This document shows, one piece after another, positions 36,010 to 63,565 of a stretch of DNA of 64,000 nt. The stretch covers positions 1 through 64,000 of the forward strand of contig NW_027274405.1 in the NCBI RefSeq assembly GCF_030028105.1. The letters are read 5' to 3'. The first letter of the stretch is position 1, and each line of letters opens with the position of its first letter. The notes beneath the pieces were generated by a model. It made no database searches. It saw only the letters and a list, made by a program, of their open reading frames with translations, and was not told the origin of the DNA. Position numbers and translations under genes: made by a program. Origin of the DNA: Mobula birostris. Taxonomy: Eukaryota.

Positions 36010-36597
36010 CATCTTCTGTCCGACGGGAGGGAGGAGAGGACAGAATGTTGGGGGTGGGTAGGGTCCTTGATTATGTTATTTGCGGTGGGAGGTGTAGACA
36101 GTCTATGGAGGGGCTGGGGCTGGTTTCCTTGACGTGCTGAGTCATGTCCACAACTCTTTCTGTCTCTCAAATCCCCCAAGAATGCCATCACTATATCCTG
36201 CCATTACATGCTTTGTCAAAAAGGCAACACCCCGTTCTCATTCACCTGGAGCATCCGTACCCTGGAATATTGAACCACCAGTTCTTGCCTTCCATTTCAT
36301 TTTGTGACATAGCACAGTAACAGGACCTTCGACCCAACGAGCCCACCCCGCCTAATTACACCCATGGGACCAATTAACATACTAACCCGTACGTCTTTGG
36401 GACGTGGGAGGAAACCCACACGAGCAGAAAACACAAACTCCTTGGTGGAATTGCATACTGTCGTCGGCGCTATAATCGTGTTATGCTAGCCAATAGATTG
36501 CCGTGTTTCTATTCTGGCAATAACATCCCAGTCCTCAGGACTAATCCAAACTCTGAGTTCATCCGCTCAATTTGTTGTACCTGATCAGTGAAGTTAA

Positions 36598-36895
36598 TGC
36601 AAGAGATTCTGCAGATGCTGGAAATCTTGGGAGACACACCCACATCCCCCGGACGAACTCACCAGGCCAAGCGGCATCTATGGAGGGGATTAAACAGTCA
36701 ATGTTTCGGGCCGAGTCTCTGAGGAGGACAAGCTGGCAGGTGACAGGTGAGACTGAGTGAGGGGGGAGTGATAGGTGAGACTTGCCTGCCTTCCCCTCTC
36801 ACCTACCACCTGCCAGCTTGTACTTCCCTCTCCCTCACCCCACCTTTCTTTCCAGTCCTGCTGAAACGCCTCGGCCTGAAATGTCAGTAGTTTAA
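36598..36895. mobile_element. Penelope-like fragments in inverted arrangement
   Basis: Terminal motif on the - strand at 36600-36730 and on the + strand at 36810-36895. Confidence 0.55.
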
Positions 36896-37690
36896 CTGGA
36901 ATTTCCTTCCCCTGCCTTTACTGTGCCCCTGGTCATCCTGATTACCAAAGATTCTCACTGGCTACTGCCTTTTCCTGTGACCTGCCCCTGCTCAGAGTTC
37001 TCAGCAAAGACTAGCAAACTTGTACATTTGTACAGTGGAGAGCATTCTGACAAGTTGTACCACTGCCTGGTACAGAGGCTCCAATGCCCTCACCATCTGA
37101 GACGTGCCCTCGTCTAACTGTTACCATTAGGGCAGAGGTACAGGAGCCTGAAGATACACACTCAATGATTCAGGAAGAGCTTCTTTCCCTCCACCAACAG
37201 ATTTCTGAAGGGTCCATGGACTCATTAACACTACCTCACTGTTCCTCCCAGTAAAGGTGCTTTGTTGATCACCTTGGTTCAGTCTGCTACAAAAGACAGG
37301 TTTTTCCAGTGGTCACCCATTGGCCAGCTCCTTATACTGACCCAGCCCTTACACTGATCCGGCCTTTACACTGACCAGTGGTCACCCATTTTAACTCTAC
37401 TTCCCATTCCGACATGTTATTCACAGTCTCCTCTACTGCCACAATCAGGCTAGAGGAGCAACACCTCATATTCCGTCTGAATAGCCACCAACCTGACGTA
37501 CGTTTCTTCAACCAGTAATTTCTTCCCTCCTGTTCTCTCTTTTCCATTCCCCATTCTGGATTACATCTTAACCCACTCTCTTGTCCTTACCTATCCATCA
37601 ACATCCCCAGGATCTCCATTATCAATGACTCACTATTCTTGTGCCTGTGACACTATTCCAGTCTTTATAACTCACTATTCCCGTATTTAC

Positions 37691-38013
37691 TATCTGTACA
37701 CTGACTGGTGTCTCTCAGTCCCTCTCTCTCGGGGAGAGATCTGTACACTGACCAGTGTCTCTCAGTCCCTCTCTCTCAGGGGGAGATCTGTACACTGACC
37801 GGTGTCTCTCAGTCCCTCTCTCTCAGGGAGAGATCTGTACACTGACCGGTGTCTCTCAGTCCCTCTCTCTCAGGGGAGATCTGTACACTGACCGGTGTCT
37901 CTCAGTTCCTCTCTCTCAGGGGAGATCTGTACACTGACCGGTGTCTCTCAGTCACTCTCTCTCAGGGGAGATCTGTACACTGACCGGTGTCTCTCGGTCC
38001 CTCTCTCTCAGGG
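37691..38013 (+). repeat. 46/47-bp minisatellite array, same family, truncated by the gap
   Basis: Same unit as 30256-31246; runs into the Ns. Confidence 0.93.
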
Positions 38014-38513
38014 NNNNNNNNNNNNNNNNNNNNNNNNNNNNNNNNNNNNNNNNNNNNNNNNNNNNNNNNNNNNNNNNNNNNNNNNNNNNNNNNNNNNNNN
38101 NNNNNNNNNNNNNNNNNNNNNNNNNNNNNNNNNNNNNNNNNNNNNNNNNNNNNNNNNNNNNNNNNNNNNNNNNNNNNNNNNNNNNNNNNNNNNNNNNNNN
38201 NNNNNNNNNNNNNNNNNNNNNNNNNNNNNNNNNNNNNNNNNNNNNNNNNNNNNNNNNNNNNNNNNNNNNNNNNNNNNNNNNNNNNNNNNNNNNNNNNNNN
38301 NNNNNNNNNNNNNNNNNNNNNNNNNNNNNNNNNNNNNNNNNNNNNNNNNNNNNNNNNNNNNNNNNNNNNNNNNNNNNNNNNNNNNNNNNNNNNNNNNNNN
38401 NNNNNNNNNNNNNNNNNNNNNNNNNNNNNNNNNNNNNNNNNNNNNNNNNNNNNNNNNNNNNNNNNNNNNNNNNNNNNNNNNNNNNNNNNNNNNNNNNNNN
38501 NNNNNNNNNNNNN
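38014..38513. other. Assembly gap (500 N)
   Basis: Exactly 500 N, with a different minisatellite on each side. Confidence 0.99.
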
Positions 38514-39510
38514 GGGAGACTGTGTTCATGGCTGTGAGAGGGGATTTGGTGTGTGGTGAGAGATGGTGATGGGGGAGTGTGTTCGTGGGCTGTGGGAGGG
38601 GATTTGTTGTGTGTGGTGAGAGATGGTGATGGGGGAGTGTGTTTGTGGGCTGAGGAAGGGGATTTGGTGTGTGGAGGGAGAGATGGTGATGGGGAGTGTG
38701 TTTGTGGGCTGAGGAAGGGGATTTGGTGTGTGGAGGGAGAGATGGTGATGGGGAGTGTGTTTGTGGGCTGAGGAAGGGGATTTGGTGTGTGGAGGGAGAG
38801 ATGGTGATGGGGGAGTGTGTTCGTGGGCTGTGGGAGGGGATTTGGTGTGTGGAGGGAGAGTTGGTGATGGGAGAGTGTGTTCATGGCTGTGGGAGGGGAT
38901 TTGGTGTGTGGTGAGAGATGGTGATGGGGGAGTGTGTTTGTGGGCTGTGGGAGGGGATTTGGTGTGTGGAGGGAGAGTTGGTGATGGGGGAGTGTGTTCA
39001 TGGCTGAGGAAGGGGATTTGGTGTGTGGAGGGAGAGATGGTGATGGGGGAGTGTGTTTGTGGGCTGAGGAAGGGGATTTGGTGTGTGGAGGGAGAGATGG
39101 TGATGGGGGAGTGTGTTTGTGGGCTGAGGAAGGGGATTTGGTGTGTGGAGGGAGAGATGGTGATGGGGGAGTGTGTTCGTGGGCTGTGGGAGGGGATTTG
39201 GTGTGTGGAGGGAGAGATGGTGATGGGGGAGTGTGTTCGTGGGCTGAGGAAGGGGATTTGGTGTGTGGAGGGAGAGATGGTGATGGGGGAGTGTGTTTGT
39301 GGGCTGAGGAAGGGGATTTGGTGTGTGGAGGGAGAGATGGTGATGGGGGAGTGTGTTTGTAGGTTGAGGAAGGGGATTTGGTGTGTGGAGGAGAGAGATG
39401 GTGATGGGGGAGTGTGTTCATGGCTGTGGGCGTGGATTCGGTGTGTGGAGGGGAGAGATGGTGATGGGGGAGTGTGTTCATGGCTGTGGGAGGGGATTCG
39501 GTGTGGGGAG
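38514..39510. repeat. ~60-bp minisatellite array
   Basis: GGGCTGAGGAAGGGGATTTGGTGTGTGGAGGGAGAGATGGTGATGGGGGAGTGTGTTTGT repeated with period 60. Confidence 0.95.
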
Positions 39511-39566
39511 GAGCCAGTGTTCCAGGAAAATTCTGTAACAACCCCAGCCTTTCTTTTCCCCTCCAG

Positions 39567-51762
<12,196 letters not shown>

Positions 51763-52194
51763 CCCATCGCCTCATTTGCTGCGTCATCAACGTGAATCAC
51801 CATCGTCTCTCTGAGCCTCGTCTCACTGCCTGCTCAGTCTGGCCCCCACTCTATCCCCACTTCCTCATTCCCCTCCTCATTCCCCATTCCGCCTCACCCC
51901 TTCTCCTCTCCCCTCCTCCTCCCCTCCTCTCTCTCTCTCTCTCTCTCCCTCCCTCTGTTCCCCTCCACTACACTCTTTCCTTCCATACCTGCCTCCTTCC
52001 GTCTACAGCCCTCTCCCTCATTCCGGAAGTACCGATGACCCAGAGTGGATCAGCACAAGGAGTGGAGTCGTGTTGGAGAAACTGAAGACCCGGTCTGGAG
52101 TATGGATGGTGGGAGTGAACAGGAAGGGGTGGGTTCTTGTTCCCTGAGCTCTTCCACCATGGGGGTCCCACTTCCTGGCTTCCTTCACTGTGCA

Positions 52195-53095
52195 GCCCTG
52201 TTCCCCCGGATCCTCCGCCGTGGGGCCCCGTTCCCCCCGATCCTCCGCCGTGGGGCCCCGTTCCCCCCGATCCTCCGCCGTGGGGCGTGTTTCCCCGGAT
52301 CCTCCACTGTGGGGCCAGTTTCCCCGGATCCTCCGCCGTGGGGCCCCCCTGATCCTCCACCATGGGGCCTCCCGGATCCTCTGCCGTGCAGCCCCCCCTG
52401 ATCCTCCGCTGTGGGGCCCCATTCCCTGGATCCTCCACCGTGGGGCCCGTTCCCCCAGATCCTCCGTCGTGGGGCCCCGTTCCCCCGGACCCTCCACCGC
52501 CGTGGGGCCCCATTCCCCGGACCCTCTGCCGCGGGGCCCCGTTCCCCGGATCCTCCGCTGTGGAGCCCCGTTCCCTGGGCTGTTCTGCTGTGAGACACAT
52601 TCCACGAGCTCCACCCTGGGGCCAATTCTCTGTGCTCCTTAACCATGACTTATGCCTCTGGATCCATGTTTCAGCCTCCTCCACTGTGGGGCCCAGTTCC
52701 TCCAGCCACCTCCGCTGTGGGGCCCCGTTCCCTGAGACTCCTCCTCTGTGGGGCCCGTTCCCCCAGCCTTCTCTCCTTTGGGACCCCATTCCCCAGGCCT
52801 CCTCCACTGTGGGGCCCCGTTCCCCCAGCTCCCTCCGCTGTGGGGCCCCGTTCCCCCAGCCACCTCCGCTGTGGGGCTCCGTTCCTCCAGCCACCTCCGC
52901 TGTTGGGCCCCGTTCCTCCAGCCACCTCCGCTGTGGGGCCCCGTTCCCCCGGCCTCCTCCGCTGTGGGGCCCCGTTCCCTGGGCCTCCTCCACTGTGGCG
53001 CCCCAATCCTTCACTCCTTCCCTGTGAGACCCATGCTTTGGCCTCCTGCACCATAGGCCCCATTCCTCAGGCTGCTCTGTCATGGGGCCCTATCC
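52195..53095. repeat. GC-rich ~30-bp minisatellite in the SEZ6L2 3'UTR
   Basis: GGATCCTCCGCCGTGGGGCCCCGTTCCCC-like units. Confidence 0.9.
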
Positions 53096-53302
53096 CTTCG
53101 CTCCCAAATATTCTAGTACCCTCACCACCAATCACCATTCCCCAATCTCTGCGGGGAATGGGAAGACCCCAGGGACGAGCCTGTCTCCCTCCTTGTAAGC
53201 TCAAGGGAGGGTTTCAGAAATTGTTTGCCATGACGTAATGTATGAACTGTGACTATTTTCATCCACGTGGAACCACCAGCTTTTTCCAACAAACTGTGAA
53301 AT

Positions 53303-53308
53303 ATTAAA
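53303..53308 (+). terminator. Candidate SEZ6L2 poly(A) signal ATTAAA
   Basis: ATTAAA in an AT-richer segment, followed by a T/GT-rich tract; ~1.5 kb 3'UTR. Confidence 0.45.
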
Positions 53309-53367
53309 CGAATCATGATTTGTACTAACTCTTGGCTGTCTGTCTCTCTCTTTCCTCCTGAACCAAA

Positions 53368-53682
53368 TGGGGTTAGTCTGTGCACACTGCATCCACCACA
53401 TTACCTATCTCCCGTCTGGTCAGGGGTGTGACAGGACACCTGCAACTCCCCGGGGTGGGATTAGTCTGTGCACACAACATCCAACTCAATACCTGTCTCC
53501 TATCTACAGGTCAGGGGTGTGACAGGACACCCTCCACTACCTGGGGTGGGGTTGGTCCGTGCACACATTTGCCACATTACACATCTCCCATCTACAGGTC
53601 AGGGGTGTGACGGGACACTCCCCACTCCCTGGGCTGGGATTAATCCGTGAACAAAACATCCAGCTCAATACCTGTCTTTCAG
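53368..53682 (-). repeat. ~89-bp tandem repeat related (inverted) to the 49620-50106 family
   Basis: GGTTAGTCTGTGCACAC..CATCC..CACATTACC is the reverse complement of the 75-bp unit core. Confidence 0.75.
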
Positions 53683-54184
53683 GTTGCTCACCTGGAAATC
53701 AAACTCACCATCACTGAGTCTAAATCCCAGGACTTCGTCCCCACCAATGCCGTAGGAGCACCTTCTCCAGGAGGCGGGCTGGGGTTCAAGGGGTTGATTC
53801 ACCTTTCCCCCCACCCTATTCCAGAGGCCATCGAGGAAGTGCTGGCCTTGGCAGACAAGTGCCCCAGACTGACTAACAACCAGGAGGCCATGAATTAAAT
53901 GCTGCAGAGGCAACAAAAGCTTCCTCAATCCCTCTCTTCCTGGTCTGTCCCTGCGGATTGAGGGATCTGGAATCACTGCTTTCCTCAGCTCCTGCCTGTT
54001 CCTGGGATCGAGGGGAACTTGCCCTTGGAGTTCTGACGTGACTGAAGAGGCCATTGTGGGATCCACAGGCCCCTTTCCACGGCTCAGAACAGGATGTAGT
54101 GGAGGGGGCAGAGTGGGGATAATCTGAGAGGATGGAAACTCATTACTGTACACCATCACACGGCTTTCTGAGAACTCCCGATAC

Positions 54185-55855
54185 AAAACTGGTTCTCTGG
54201 ACGATCAGAATGGTAAACTAAGTGCGGGAAAAAAAAGAGATACATTTTTTTTCCATCTGTATTTACTCAGGAGACGGACACAGAGTCTATAGACATGAGG
54301 CAAAGCGGCAGCAAGTTCACGGACCACAGAGGAGGAGGTGTTTGCTGTCCTGAGGCAAATCAGGGTGGACAAGTCCCCAGGGTTTGACAGGGCATTTCCT
54401 CAGACCCTGAGGGACACAAGTGCAGAAGTTGCCAGGGCTCTAGCAGAGGTATATAAACCAACCTTAGCGACAGGTGAGGTACCAGAGGACTGGAGGATGG
54501 ACAATGTGGTTCCACTATTTAAGGCTCTAAGAATAAACCAGGAGATTATAGGCCGGTGAGCCTGACATCAGCACTGGGAAAGTTATTGGAAGGTGTTCTA
54601 AGGGAATGGATTTAGATAGACTGGGACAGATTGGGGATAGTTGGCATGGCTTCGTGTGTGGTAGGTCTTGTCTAACCAATCCTATAGAATATTTCAAGGA
54701 TGTTCCAGGAAAGTGGATGAAGGCAAGGCAACGGTTGTTGCCTATGTGGACTTTAGGAAGGCATTTGACAAGGTCCTGCGTGGAAGATTGGTTAAGAAGG
54801 TTCAGTTGCTCAGCATTCAAGGTGAGGTAGGGAATTGGATTAGACATTAGCTTTGCGAGAGAAGCCAGCGAGTGGTAGTATTGTGTTGCAAGGATCAGTG
54901 CTGGGTCCTCTGTTATCTGTCACCTATATCAATGATCTGGATGGTAATGTGGTAAACTGGATCAGCAAATTTGCAGATGATGCGCCAAGACTGGGGGTGC
55001 AGTTGACTCCCAGAGCTTGCAGCAGGATCTGGACCAGCTGGAAAAATGGACTGGAAATTGTCAGATGAAAATTAATGCTGATAAGTGCGGGGTGTTGCAC
55101 TTTGGGAGGATCAACCAGGGTAGGTCTTACACAGTGAACAGCAGGGCACTGAGGAGTGTGGTAGAACAACGGGATTTGGGGATACAGTTCCATAATTTAT
55201 TGAAAGTGGCGTCACCAGTAGATAGGGTCATAAAGAAAGGTTTTGGCACATTGACCTTCATAAACCAAAGTACTGAGTACAGGAGATGGGATGTTATGTT
55301 GAATTTGTATAAGACATTGGTGATGCCTAATTGGAGTATTCGTGCAGTTTTGGTCACCTACCTACAGTAAAGATGTAAATAAGATTGAATGAGTACAGAA
55401 AGAATTACAAGGATATTGCTGGGTCTAGATGACCTGAGATATAAGGAAAGATTGAATATGTTCAAACTCTATTCTTCACAACATAAAAGACTGAAAGTGA
55501 TCTGATAAGGGTATACACAATTATGAGAGGTATAGACAGGGCAAATGCAAACAGGCTTTTTCCACTAAGGTTGAGTGGGACTACAACAAGAGGTCATAGG
55601 TTAAGGATGAAAGGTGGAATGTTTAACGGGAATATGAGGGGAAACCTCACTCAGAGGGTGGTGAGAGTGTGGAATGAGCTGCCAGTGTAGGGAGTACACG
55701 TGAGCTTGATTTCACCGTTTAAGAGAAATTTGGATAGGTAAATGGATGGTAGGGATATAGAGAGCTGTGGTCCTGGTGGAGGTCAATGGCAGTTTAATGA
55801 TTCGACATGGATTAGATAGGCAAGGGCTTGTTTCTGTGCTGTACTGTTCTCTCAC
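54185..55855 (+). mobile_element. Degenerate CR1 LINE
   Basis: DKSPG, PEDWR, DFRKAFDKV, QGSVLGP, FADD; related to 16675-18390. Confidence 0.82.
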
Positions 55856-58387
55856 TCTATGTGTGTGTGAGGCAGTGCCTGTATCAGTGTACACATCGTA
55901 CAGGGTATCAGTGTCTGTATTACTCTATACATTGTGCAGTCTATCAGTGTCTGTATTACTCTATACATTTTACAGTGTATAGATTGTAGAGTGTATCAGT
56001 GTCTGTATCAGTGTAGTCATTGTACAGTGTATGTCTTTGTGGACTTTTCTGTGTGTGTGAGAGAGAGGGAGTACGTGTGTGTGATTGTGTCTGTATGAGT
56101 GTGTGTGTCTGTGTGGTGAGTGGGTGCACCTGTCTGTACAGAAGACGAATGTGATCCTGGTGACTGTGACACCAATTGGACCAGCGACAATGACCCAGAG
56201 TGGGTGATGGAATGGCAGTTATGCTCCGCATCTAGCTCCTGACACTCTCACTGTTCCTCTCTCTGACTATCCACCTGTCCTAAAAACACCCCTCCCCAAC
56301 ACTCCTCTCCCATCTCTCTCTCTCCCTCCACCAAACTTCCTCTCCCTCTCCCTGCCCCAACCATCCTCTCCTGTTCCATCCCTCCTCCTCCATCCCCAAT
56401 CCTCCTGTCCTGTTCCATCTCTCCCATATCCCTCTCCAATCCTCCTTTCCCATTCCATCTCTCCCATATCCCTCTCCTCTCTCTCCCCTCCCCCTCTCTG
56501 TCACCTACCTCTCCCTCCACTCTCTCACTCAACCCTCTCTCCCTCCCTATCTTGCTCACTCATTTCTCCTCCCCAATCCCTCACCTCTCTGTCCCCTTCC
56601 CCCTCTCTCTTAGTTCCTCCACCCCCACCCTCTCCTAGGTCGTCCCTCAGTGATGAATAAGGTCTGAAGCGGGTCTGTGGCTGTGAGACCTCTCCCGCCC
56701 TCTCTCTGCTCCCCGTGGAGAAGGCAGGGTCCGACGAGGATCTGTCGTTGAGTCTCCGGCCCGGGTGTCAATGACTGCGTCGGTGTGCTGTCGCCGGGGA
56801 GACACTGACATCTGCGGACGTGCGGGAGGGGGGAAAGAAGTTAGAGAGGGTAGGGGCAAGGGGGAAAGGGGGAAGAATAGGAAAGAAAGGTGGAAAGTGG
56901 GAGAGGGAGGGGTGTGGGGATGTGGAGGGGGAGTGAAGGGAGGTTCAGAAGGGAAAGGGGAGGGGGAAGAAATGGAAGAGGTGTAGAGAAAGGGAGGGGA
57001 GAAGGAGAAAGGGGGAAGAAGGGAGAGAGGGAGGAAGAAAGGGGAGGGGAGGGAAAGGTGGGACAGGAGGGAAAAGGGGGAGGGAGAGAAAGAGGGGAGG
57101 AGGAGAAAGAAAGTGGGAGAGGAGAGAGAAACGTTTGACAGGAGTGAAGAAGAGGGGAGGGGAAGAAAGGGGATTGGATAGTGGAGGGGGAAGGGGAATG
57201 AGGTGGGGAGAAGGAGAGAGGAGAGAAAGGGAGGGGAGGAGAGAGGAAGATAACAGGAAAAGGGGAAGGGGAGAGAGAAGTGGGAGGGGGAGATAGGGAA
57301 AGGGGAGAGTAAAGGAGAGAGGAGGGAAGGGAGAGTGAAGTGAAGGGGGAGTGAAGCGGGGAGGGGAGAGAGTGATAGGAAGGATTGGGAAGAGGGGAAT
57401 GGGGATAGGAAGGTTACAAGGGAGGGGAGATGGGAGAAGGGGAGTAAGAGGGGATAGGGTAGGGGTTGGAGAGAGAATGGCTGGAGTAGGGGAAAGAGGG
57501 GATAGGTATGTGTGGAGAGACACGGAGGTGGGGGTTGTTTTGTCTCTCTCTGGAGTTGTATACATGGATACAGTAGCAGCCCCACCCCCACCCACCCACC
57601 CCCCACACACAGATCCAGCCGTCTGCCATCAGGAGCCGGATCCGCTGCCTCCTCCGCCCCAGGACCAGCTGGTGTGTGCGAGGAGCTGTCAGTATGCACA
57701 TCTCCCTCTCCCACTCATTCTCACAGCTGTTCCTCCGCTCGGCACCGCTCCCACTCCCCGCAATACCATCTAGCAGAGTGCGGGAACGGGGCTGTGGACA
57801 GAGGCACTCCGGACTCGGGGACCTTCGGCCAAAGGGATCTCCGGACACAGTGAGCGTCGACACAAGAGTCCCCAGACACAGAGATCTCCGGACACGGGAA
57901 GTGTCGGACACAGAGATCTCCGGACACGGGGAGTGTCGGACATAGCTATCTCCGGACACGGGGAGTGTCGGAGACTGGGACCTCAGGAAGAGCCTCGGTT
58001 TTGCCTTTGTAGATCCTGCTCCAGATTTCATTCAGGTCTATCTGCTATCGATCTGGTTTATCCCACTTCAGGTTCGGTTCAGGTTCCATTCTACTGTTAA
58101 TCCGGATTTGCTCATTTGACTCCGATCCAATCCCACTTTGATCCTGATCTGCTCCGGTCCTACAGCCCTGGTTCTACTGCAGTCTGCCTTTGGTCCGCTT
58201 CGGGTTTGCTCCCCTGCGAATTAGGCTCCCCTCCCGCTCCGCCGCTCTCCATCGGGCTCGACTCTCACGCCAATCTCTCCACGTTGTTCCAATCCATTTC
58301 TGGTCTCCCTTCTTTCCCATTCCCACTCTCGCTCTCTCTGCTACTCCATCTCCGTTCCAGATCAGCACTCTCCCCGCCTCCGTCTCC

Positions 58388-62462
<4,075 letters not shown>

Positions 62463-63565
62463 GTGAGGTGTGGGGATTGGGGAGAACACGTCTTCATCAC
62501 CCTCTCCCTTCCCTACACCATTCCCTCCCCTACACCCCACCCTATCTTCGAGAACCCTGCCCTTGTGCCCCAATTTGTCTCTGTCATCCCTTCCTCCCTT
62601 CCTCCCTGACACCTTTCCCCATTTCCAACACTCTCTTTCCCCTACAACCCTCCCCATACTGATCCTATCCCTCTCCTGCACTCCTTCTCATCTCCGAGAC
62701 CCCCTCCCTCCCTATACCCCAATTCATCTCCGTCACCCCTCCACCTCCCATACCTGAACCCTCATTACTCTCTGTCCTCCCCATTTTCTTCATCCCATCA
62801 CTCTTCATCACTCCCATCTCCGTGACCTTTTCCCTCCTCTACACGTCTCTTCATCTTCGAGATCCCTTCCCGTACATTCATCTTCCTCTTGGTGAACCCC
62901 ATCCTTCCCCTACACCTCACCCCATCGCCCTCTCCCCTATGCCCCTCCCAGTCTCCAAAACCCTTTCCCCCACGCCGCACTCCATATCCACAGGTCCCTC
63001 CCTGTCTATCGTGTCTACGCTGTCTATGGCTCATTTCCACGCGCCCCGCACCACCGCTGGCAACACATTCCAGGCACCAACCGTGTAAAGAGGAACTTTC
63101 TCCGTATATCTCTTTTCATTTTACCCCCTCTCACCTTAAAAGCATAAACATTTCCACTCTGGGGATAAAGATACTGGCTGCCTACTCTGTCAGCGCCTCT
63201 CATAATCTTACAAACCTCTATCAGATCTTCCCCCAGCCTCCACCGCTCCGGAGAAAATAACCCAAGTTTGTCCAGCTTCTCCTTCCAGCTCAGACCCTCT
63301 AATCCAGTCAGTTTCCTGGTGAACCTCCACCGCACCCTCTCCAAAGCCCCCACACCTGTCCTGTAATGGGGCAGCTAGAACTGTACATAATAATCCAGAT
63401 GTGCCCCCCCTCCCCACCTGTAACGGGGCAACCAGAACTGAATGAATTACTCTGGATGTGGCATTCTGGAGTTTTATGAAGCTGCAACATACCTTCCCGA
63501 CTCTTGTACTCAGTGTCCCAACTGACGAAAGTAAACACGCTGGCCACCTTCTCGACCGTCCTGTC

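Noticed and set aside
51968-53238. Collagen-like Gly/Pro-rich ORFs on both strands
   Set aside because: Translation of a GC-rich minisatellite in the 3'UTR region.
53665-54186. 173-aa minus-strand ORF
   Set aside because: Non-ATG start, no recognisable domain and no supporting splice structure; the EVLGF word resembling Noc2 is too short to count.
56647-57714. 355-aa minus-strand ORF
   Set aside because: Mostly the translation of a purine-rich low-complexity tract.
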